DNA from: a virus
Taxonomy: Duplodnaviria; Caudoviricetes
DNA: 54,446 nt
Direction: 5' to 3' (one strand)
IMG/VR virus record: IMGVR_UViG_3300046171_000011
Location: 1 to 54,446 of that record
Below the pieces are notes generated by a model. The model searched no databases. It was given only the letters and a program-made list of their open reading frames with translations, and had not been told where the DNA came from. Of the stretch, positions 48,818 to 54,446 are shown piece after piece. Each line of letters starts with the position of its first letter. Position 1 is the first letter of the stretch. The position numbers and the translations under genes are program-made.

Positions 48818-50412
48818 TTAATACCCGAATGTTGTGTCACTGGCTTGGAAGCCTGTGCGCTGTGTTGCAGGATTAAAATCCCAAATGCTGCTACGTGGTC
48901 TTGTCATTATACCATAACGAAGCGCATCATACAAGTGGTCTTCTGCTTTGGTGTCTACATCTTCTGGATTCTTTTTGTCCAGTGGGATGCTTGGTAGCTG
49001 TGCTATGGTGTTAGTACAGTTATCATAAATACTAAGCATAGGCTTTTCATATAACTCATCTACCTTGCAAACGCCTAGTGTATTTCGTTTTTACCTGCGA
49101 TACGTGACCCTCTGAACGATCTGAAGGGACGCCATCGACAACCCTTCATATTCATCTGTTCAGCTAGTGATGGCCCAGTATCGCCACGGTTGTGCCATAA
49201 AGAGCTATCAAGCACACCGTATCTCATACCACCGTCTTGTGCTTCTGCCTCTAGTATCATATCTGCTAAGTCTGTAGCAGTAACTTTAGATACATACATT
49301 TCCCTAGTAGACTATAAGCTGTCTCATCAGGAGCAACAGTAAACCAGAGAACCCCAGGTAACTGACCGTAGCCATAATCGCAAGCCCTGAAACCTAACCC
49401 GAACTGTAGGATTTCAAAGTGTTCGCTAACGTGGGCAGTTCTGTCAAATTCGGGAAATGCTGCTCCCTTCGTTGACATCCCAGTTTCCTTCGAGGAGTTG
49501 CTTCCTCTGATGCTCTGGTAGTGATAAGAGCATGGCCTCATAGTCACCCTCTTCGGCAAGGTATGGGTTATCGAAGAGAGATGCAGGAATAAACCTACGC
49601 TTGAATAGAGGCTGACCTTCCTTGCTGTGTCCTTTAGGGAATGTAATTGTTTTACTTGTTTCAATGTCTGTAGCCCAAAAGTCTTTACCTGCAGGTGCAG
49701 GATCTATAAACATCTTCTTTACCCAAGCATGTCCAGCACCACCTGGGTTTGTTGTAGCTCTCATGTAAAGACCTAGTTCTCTACTGTGTGCGCTACGAAG
49801 ACGTGACCTCATATAATCCCAAGCGTAAGGTGTAGGCCATTGAGTAAGTTCGTCAAATCCAATCCAGTTAAAAGCCTGTCCTTGGTAACGTGTGACATCG
49901 GTATCTTTGTCCAGATACGACATCCATAGTCTTCCACCTCTAGGAGATATCCACTGTGACTTACGCTCTGACCATTTGATTCCTGGTATGGCACGTGGGT
50001 ATAACTCCTGTGACTTCTGTATTAGTTCCCTTAGTTCTTCAGTCGTGTGTCGTACAAGGAGTCCAGAGAAGTGTGGATCGTTAAGGCCGTGTAATGGGTC
50101 TGCCAACATAGCATATGATTTACCACCACCTGCTGCCCCTCCGTATAGTACTTCTCTCTCAGATGAACTCAAGAAAGATGTTTGTGGACCTTCATTAGGC
50201 TTAAATACAACTTCCTGTGCTTCATCTACGTCATACTCAGGTGCTACTACCTGCGCTGGGATAGTTTCAGTTTGGGGGGCTTCTATCTCCGCTGGCTTCT
50301 GAGTATGCTCCGACCCCTTGTGTTTCGAGCTTCTCGATTTGCGAGAGCGTCTCTTGGAGCCACTTGGCAAGCTTACGTTTAATTGCAGATGCTTTTCTAC
50401 GTTTTTGCTCAA
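48818..50412 (-). CDS. terL: Terminase large subunit (multiple apparent frameshifts; start uncertain)
   Basis: Walker A YGGAAGGGKS, Walker B IGFDELTQW, ATTNPGG, nuclease DYGY and EDH.YDALRYG, spread over four ORF fragments. Confidence 0.9.
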
Positions 50413-50695
50413 CTTCTATTCTCTTCTTTAGACCCATGTGTGATATGTATCGGTCTGCTTCTTTACTCAACCACTGTGCTACTGCTCTGTAACTATACTG
50501 CTTGAGGTGTTGTTTTGCAAGCTCTAACGCTTCTAGCTCATGTTCTACAGGAACAAGTAGCTTATCGTTATCTGGGTGTAACTCATAGCCAAAGGGAACT
50601 TTTAAAGTTGTCCTTACTATAATGTGCCACTCTTTGTTGTGTCCTTTGGGTGGCAGAGGTAGCTGCCAGAATCCCAGTTCTCTTTGAGGTATTAT
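50267..50695 (-). CDS. Hypothetical DNA-binding/packaging-associated protein with apparent ATA start
   Basis: The frame is open from ~50695 (IPQRELGFWQLP...VPFGYE...ELEALELAK..L..YSYR.VA.WL); the ORF track shows only the last 67 aa. Confidence 0.65.
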   Translation of the reverse strand: MIPQRELGFWQLPLPPKGHNKEWHIIVRTTLKVPFGYELHPDNDKLLVPVEHELEALELAKQHLKQYSYRAVAQWLSKEADRYISHMGLKKRIEVEQKRRKASAIKRKLAKWLQETLSQIEKLETQGVGAYSEASGDRSPPN

Positions 50696-51060
50696 TCGTT
50701 TGTACCTTCTTTAGGTGGTAAATAGAAAATGCCACCACCACTGGTAACATCTACTTTGTCTACTTTACCAAGACCTGCTCTGTCAAGCACATCTTTGGCA
50801 GCTATCATTTTTTCTTTGATACCCAACTCAGTGGGATCTTGCAAAGCGCCCATAAGCGCAAAAGCAGCTTTAGGGGCAGTCCTAGCAAAGTAAGTACGAG
50901 TCTTTTCAGCGATTTCATCTTTTAGTGCCTCCACTATTGCAGTTGTACTGGTGTTGTCGCCGTAACCTGCCAACTTTTTAGCTGCGACAACATCACCATT
51001 AGCCTCATCAAATAATACATCTAAGAATCGCTGCTGCTTATCAGTCAGAGTTCTCGCCAT
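50692..51060 (-). CDS. Putative terminase small subunit
   Basis: N-terminal LTDKQQRFL...A..LAGY HTH and AKDVLDRAG motif; upstream of terL. Confidence 0.65.
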   Translation of the reverse strand: MARTLTDKQQRFLDVLFDEANGDVVAAKKLAGYGDNTSTTAIVEALKDEIAEKTRTYFARTAPKAAFALMGALQDPTELGIKEKMIAAKDVLDRAGLGKVDKVDVTSGGGIFYLPPKEGTNE

Positions 51061-51202
51061 AAACTATTCCTTGTATTTGTGAGCGATGAATGCCTATGTC
51101 TTTTAGGTCACGGTCACTCAGTGTATTCAGTAGTATGTATTCTGCTCTGCGCTTCTGTCCATTTTCAATCGCTTTAAACGCAGCTTTAAACCACTTTTTC
51201 AT
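51041..51202 (-). CDS. DUF1127 (YjiS-like) small protein, 53 aa; not in the ORF track
   Basis: MKKWFKAAFKAIENGQKRRAEYILLNTLSDRDLKDIGIHRSQIQGIVYGENSD contains the L..LSDR.L.DIG..R..I signature; AAGGAG RBS. Confidence 0.85.
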   Translation of the reverse strand: MKKWFKAAFKAIENGQKRRAEYILLNTLSDRDLKDIGIHRSQIQGIVYGENSD

Positions 51203-51287
51203 TGCACTATCTCCTTTTTGTTAGTGTGCGTGGAGATAGTTATACACACTTGTTAGCGCTAGAGTAGATACAATCTTTGCATAGCCG

Positions 51288-51653
51288 CTACCTGCTAGGG
51301 TTATAGAATTGCCTTACAGATATAAAGATTTCTATAGTACCGCTTGATCCATCAAAGGCTACGATCTTATCACCTTCATGCATATGTATTCTGTCAGAAG
51401 TTACGATATTATAAACATCTTTACCTGCTACAGACTTATCATTTATTAAGTGATGGTATGCATTAGTGTCTGCGTGATAAAACTGCAGGGTAACATTCTG
51501 TGTAGAAGAAGAGCCATTGCTTGCGTGAAGAAAGTCTATTGTAGCATCGTGATGCGGTGGACACGTATACACAACATTACCACTAGCACCACCAGACGTA
51601 GCTGTAACAGTCACTGCCTCTGTGGACGTAGTAAAGTTGCGAAGTTCTACCAT
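51288..51653 (-). CDS. Hypothetical structural-type protein
   Basis: YTCP motif, beta-rich; TAATG coupling. Confidence 0.7.
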   Translation of the reverse strand: MVELRNFTTSTEAVTVTATSGGASGNVVYTCPPHHDATIDFLHASNGSSSTQNVTLQFYHADTNAYHHLINDKSVAGKDVYNIVTSDRIHMHEGDKIVAFDGSSGTIEIFISVRQFYNPSR

Positions 51654-51967
51654 TACTTATCCTCTACCCACGCTTCATTCTCTGGGGTATTAGGGTCATC
51701 TGCAATGTAGTGACCTTTGTCATTCCTTGCACGTTTCATCTTCTTCTTAGGCTTCACAGATTTCTTGATCTTATTAAGGATACCAGACTCTTCTGCAATA
51801 CGACAGATGTCTGTTACGTTAGGGTCTTTACTCTGTACGTTACCGTATGTGTCTTCACCTGCAGCCTGATTACCAGAGGCATCCCATACATAACCCTCTG
51901 CGTCTACTGTGTACCCTGCCTTGTTAAGTTGTTTCTCATACTTGTGATAGTATTTGTTTCTGCTCAT
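51653..51967 (-). CDS. Hypothetical protein
   Basis: C-terminal KRARNDKGHYIADDP.TP.NEAW motif. Confidence 0.7.
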   Translation of the reverse strand: MSRNKYYHKYEKQLNKAGYTVDAEGYVWDASGNQAAGEDTYGNVQSKDPNVTDICRIAEESGILNKIKKSVKPKKKMKRARNDKGHYIADDPNTPENEAWVEDK

Positions 51968-52122
51968 TTTGCTTTCCGCTTTGTTGGATTAGATGCGCCA
52001 CACTTTGCGTACCCACCCTTGTTGTAACCCTTCTTCTTAGCCATGCCACCGTAGGCGTAGCCCATCTTCTTAGCTACTTCTGGTGCTTCTTTCTTTAGTG
52101 CCTTCATACCTTTGTTCATCAT
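51964..52122 (-). CDS. Small Lys-rich protein with YxxGG motifs
   Basis: MMNKGMKALKKEAPEVAKKMGYAYGGMAKKKGYNKGG. Confidence 0.65.
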   Translation of the reverse strand: MMNKGMKALKKEAPEVAKKMGYAYGGMAKKKGYNKGGYAKCGASNPTKRKAK

Positions 52123-52346
52123 TATGCTTTCCTCTTTCTTCCTGATGCTGTTGTAGACCACTTAACTTTTTTAGGTCCAGTTTTCTTTTGTGCCTCTTTC
52201 TTGCTTATCTTAGAGGCTACCTTTGCAGGTCTACAGGCAGGGTAGGACTTACGCTTCTCGCCAGACTTTCTGCCACATGGCTTGCCTGTCTTAACGTCTA
52301 CCCACTTCTCGTCAAACCACTGTCCAAGACCACCACGCTTAGCCAT
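52122..52346 (-). CDS. Small basic protein
   Basis: GL..WF.EKWVDVKTGKPCGR...YP.CRP motif. Confidence 0.7.
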   Translation of the reverse strand: MAKRGGLGQWFDEKWVDVKTGKPCGRKSGEKRKSYPACRPAKVASKISKKEAQKKTGPKKVKWSTTASGRKRKA

Positions 52347-52348
52347 TA

Positions 52349-52513
52349 TCATGCCACCTTGTTGTTGCCACCCTTCCACTTACCGCCTTTTTCTTTGTAC
52401 CACTTGGAAGCCCAAGCATTAGCATAAGCAGATGGGTATACTTTAAACTTCTTCTTAGCTGCTGCCTTAGCACGTGACCAAAGAGCAGGGTCTTTAGGAG
52501 TAGACTTAGCCAT
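52349..52513 (-). CDS. Small basic protein (54 aa; not in the ORF track)
   Basis: MAKSTPKDPALWSRAKAAAKKKFKVYPSAYANAWASKWYKEKGGKWKGGNNKVA. Confidence 0.75.
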   Translation of the reverse strand: MAKSTPKDPALWSRAKAAAKKKFKVYPSAYANAWASKWYKEKGGKWKGGNNKVA

Positions 52514-52956
52514 TATAACCTGCCTGTGTAATGCATCAATCCTAGTATACCAAATCCTGAGATAAATGCAAGTATTAATATTACGCTACCATAAATTAAT
52601 ATTTGTTCCATTAACGCTTCTTGTTTCTTCTTCCTAGCCGCTAAGTCATTCTTCTTCTTTACACGTATGTCCTTACGTAGGGCAAGAAGCTCATTCCATG
52701 CAGAGAAGCCCCTAGTAGATATTACAATAGCCCTTAGCTGCTCTTCTATATCCTCTGCTTGCTTACGCTTTACAAATGTGTCAAGAGCCTCTTCATTGGC
52801 TGACGAGAAGGGACTGCTCTTCTTCTTTTCGTGATCAGACTTAGCTGAATCAATAGCATCAAAGAGTGAACCTAAGTCCTTAGCTAGAGATGCTATCTCT
52901 TTACCTGCAGCTATCCCTGCCTTCACACCTGCAAATATAGTTAATGGGTCTACCAT
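52513..52956 (-). CDS. Coiled-coil protein with a C-terminal TM segment
   Basis: N-terminal MVDPLT; hydrophobic C-terminus. Confidence 0.7.
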   Translation of the reverse strand: MVDPLTIFAGVKAGIAAGKEIASLAKDLGSLFDAIDSAKSDHEKKKSSPFSSANEEALDTFVKRKQAEDIEEQLRAIVISTRGFSAWNELLALRKDIRVKKKNDLAARKKKQEALMEQILIYGSVILILAFISGFGILGLMHYTGRL

Positions 52957-53187
52957 TCATGCTACCACAAAGTCTACTAGCAACCCCTCTGGCTGCTTAT
53001 TTTTATGATGTGGGTGGTAAGCATAAGGAGCTTCTTGTCTATACAAGTATGCTTTCTTGTCTACAGCCTTATGTGTTTCCTCTACCCTTGTCTCTTTCTC
53101 ACTCTTCCCACTTTCAAACACGATATTCTTGTGTGTATCAAATGGCATATAAGGCAACGGAAAGTGTGCTAACAGTGTTGCCTTCAT
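52957..53187 (-). CDS. Hypothetical protein
   Basis: Likely start at ATG 53187, just after the previous stop. Confidence 0.55.
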   Translation of the reverse strand: MKATLLAHFPLPYMPFDTHKNIVFESGKSEKETRVEETHKAVDKKAYLYRQEAPYAYHPHHKNKQPEGLLVDFVVA

Positions 53188-53191
53188 ATTA

Positions 53192-53476
53192 TCACCAAGC
53201 CTTACAAGACCAGTACCTAGCTGTGAACTTATCTGTCGCTGTATCACAGTTGTGTCTTGCTCTGAAGGATTTGCGCCTACTAGGTTGATCTTTCTTGATA
53301 GACATATTAGGATCACCGAAGCGTACAACCTTTACTTGGTCGCCCTTCTTAGCTAACACAGCAGACTTCTTAGCACCGCCCGGTGTCTTCTTAGGTTTGT
53401 TGTAGCCGGGGTAAGTCTCTCCACGGTACTTCAGCTTACCGCTAGGAAGACGCTCTACATCTTTAGTTGTTGCCAT
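53192..53476 (-). CDS. Small basic conserved phage protein
   Basis: VRFGDPNM...RRKSFRARH.C...ARYWSCK.W motif. Confidence 0.8.
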   Translation of the reverse strand: MATTKDVERLPSGKLKYRGETYPGYNKPKKTPGGAKKSAVLAKKGDQVKVVRFGDPNMSIKKDQPSRRKSFRARHNCDTATDKFTARYWSCKAW

Positions 53477-53743
53477 CTATCCAATACCTTCACGTTCTCT
53501 GTCAGGGTCTAGTACGTCTTTACGGTCTATCCAACCCTCTAAGTACATAGCTCTCTCTACGTGGTCTAGAGTGTAACGCACTCCTGTGTCACTTTCTATT
53601 GCTGCACGTACATAGAATACGTCAGACTTAGGAATGTGTATACGTCTTAGAGCTTTACTGTCTTCTGAGACTAAGGCAGAGTAAAACTCTTCTATTACGT
53701 TATCTGATGCATATAGTTTTACTTGTCTTTTCTTCAAAGTCAA
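53477..53743 (-). CDS. Hypothetical protein, first gene of the structural arm
   Basis: TTG start with an AAGG RBS; HIP.SDVFYVRAA motif. Confidence 0.65.
   Translation of the reverse strand: MTLKKRQVKLYASDNVIEEFYSALVSEDSKALRRIHIPKSDVFYVRAAIESDTGVRYTLDHVERAMYLEGWIDRKDVLDPDREREGIG
53715..53743 (-). promoter_or_regulatory. Promoter-like element
   Basis: TTGACT-N16-TAAAACT, same architecture as 42756-42784. Confidence 0.55.
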
Positions 53744-53754
53744 TACCTTATATT

Positions 53755-53879
53755 AAAAAATAAAGGTACGTGTCGCAAACTTACGTGTGAGAGGAGGAGA
53801 CATGAGGAAGAGTGACACATAATATTTGTGACACGTACCAGTGTAACACTTATTTGTTACGTTTATTATTGTGTTACTG
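53755..53879 (-). ncRNA. Candidate sRNA with an anti-Shine-Dalgarno loop
   Basis: Own promoter upstream, two hairpins, loop CUUCCUCAUGUCUCCUCCUCUC, ends in UUUAUUUUUU. Confidence 0.7.
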
Positions 53880-53884
53880 TAATT

Positions 53885-53913
53885 AGTATACAGATATAAG
53901 AAGAGTTTGTCAA
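53885..53913 (-). promoter_or_regulatory. Near-consensus sigma70 promoter
   Basis: TTGACA-N17-TATACT. Confidence 0.8.
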
Positions 53914-53917
53914 GGGA

Positions 53918-54040
53918 ATAGTTAAACTTTATAGTTAAACTCTTCCTATGTCCACTATCTTATTTGCAACACTCTTTATTTAGTTAAACTATCTTTTATT
54001 TATTACTTGATTAAGTTAAAACACTTAAAGTTTAACTATA
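53918..54040. repeat. TAGTTAAACT-type repeat cluster
   Basis: Copies at about 53919, 53932, 53981 and 54014, an inverted copy at ~54029, and a variant at ~54197. Confidence 0.7.
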
Positions 54041-54057
54041 CCCTGCTACTGCTACGC

Positions 54058-54086
54058 AGTTATACACATATATCAGGCTGTGTCAA
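54058..54086 (-). promoter_or_regulatory. Sigma70-type promoter
   Basis: TTGACA-N16-TATAACT. Confidence 0.7.
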
Positions 54087-54177
54087 GCGCTTATTTAGCT
54101 AGGTGCGACACTTTGTCCTACTTTATGTAGGCTATGAACAGTGCTACTATATAGACGTTTCTGTAAAAGAGCTTTAA

Positions 54178-54190
54178 TATCAATGACTTA
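54178..54190 (+). promoter_or_regulatory. IHF consensus site
   Basis: TATCAATGACTTA matches WATCAANNNNTTR; a related inverted copy lies at 54340-54352. Confidence 0.55.
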
Positions 54191-54446
54191 CGTATATAGT
54201 TAAAATCAAGGAGGTTTTAGCCATTTCAAAAATCACTTCTGTGTGCTTGTACATATACACGTAGCGTATATACCCCCACTGGCCCACGCCGCCCCACTCT
54301 TTTCTGTTGTTGTTGCCGTTTTTCTGTGGTGTTTTGCCCTAAGTCATTGTTTTTATTGCACTTTATAACTGATATATCCTCAATTTAGGCTAAAAAGGTG
54401 TTGTAAATATGTCACACTTCAGGTTTGTGATCACAAAACCAAAATG

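Noticed and set aside
53802-53822. + strand mini-ORF MRKSDT with a strong SD
   Set aside because: The promoter and U-tract both lie on the - strand. Kept only as an alternative explanation for the sRNA loop.
53920-54040. CtrA boxes (TTAA-N7-TTAA)
   Set aside because: The TTAA pairs are separated by 1, 3, 5, 9 or 10 nt, not 7.
1-54446. Exact direct terminal repeat or attP core beside the integrase
   Set aside because: The two ends share motifs but no overlapping identical sequence, and no att core can be identified without a host genome.

Overview
The window looks like a near-complete ~54 kb podovirus-type dsDNA phage genome of the HMO-2011 type (marine alphaproteobacterial phages; the host is probably a roseobacter or SAR116, which is inference). 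The main signature is a family A DNA polymerase with an inserted DnaJ-like CxxCxGxG zinc finger. It is accompanied by a tyrosine integrase, separate primase and helicase, ThyX, MazG, class II RNR, glutaredoxin and PhoH, and no phage RNA polymerase is visible. The + arm (1-18.9 kb) carries early and replication genes. The - arm (53.7-19.0 kb) carries small basic proteins, terminase, portal, scaffold, capsid, tail/fibre and internal virion genes, and the arms meet at a terminator near 18.95 kb. The portal, TerL, capsid and two small genes contain frameshifts that are most likely sequence errors. The main unexplained signals are: (1) a promoter-to-terminator sRNA (53755-53879) whose loop is complementary to the GGAGACA ribosome-binding motif shared by many of the phage's own early genes, together with an unannotated DUF1127 gene; (2) a non-canonical tRNA-like RNA (1215-1308); (3) a virion-module polyprotein with a pre-toxin-like N-terminus, a cargo domain and (F/Y)xxGG motifs; (4) a genome-junction region dense in boxes resembling host transcription-factor sites; (5) apparent genome-wide CCWGG avoidance that breaks down only in the portal-terminase block; (6) a tandem array of tail-fibre paralogs. 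All calls come from reading the sequence by eye; no searches were run.
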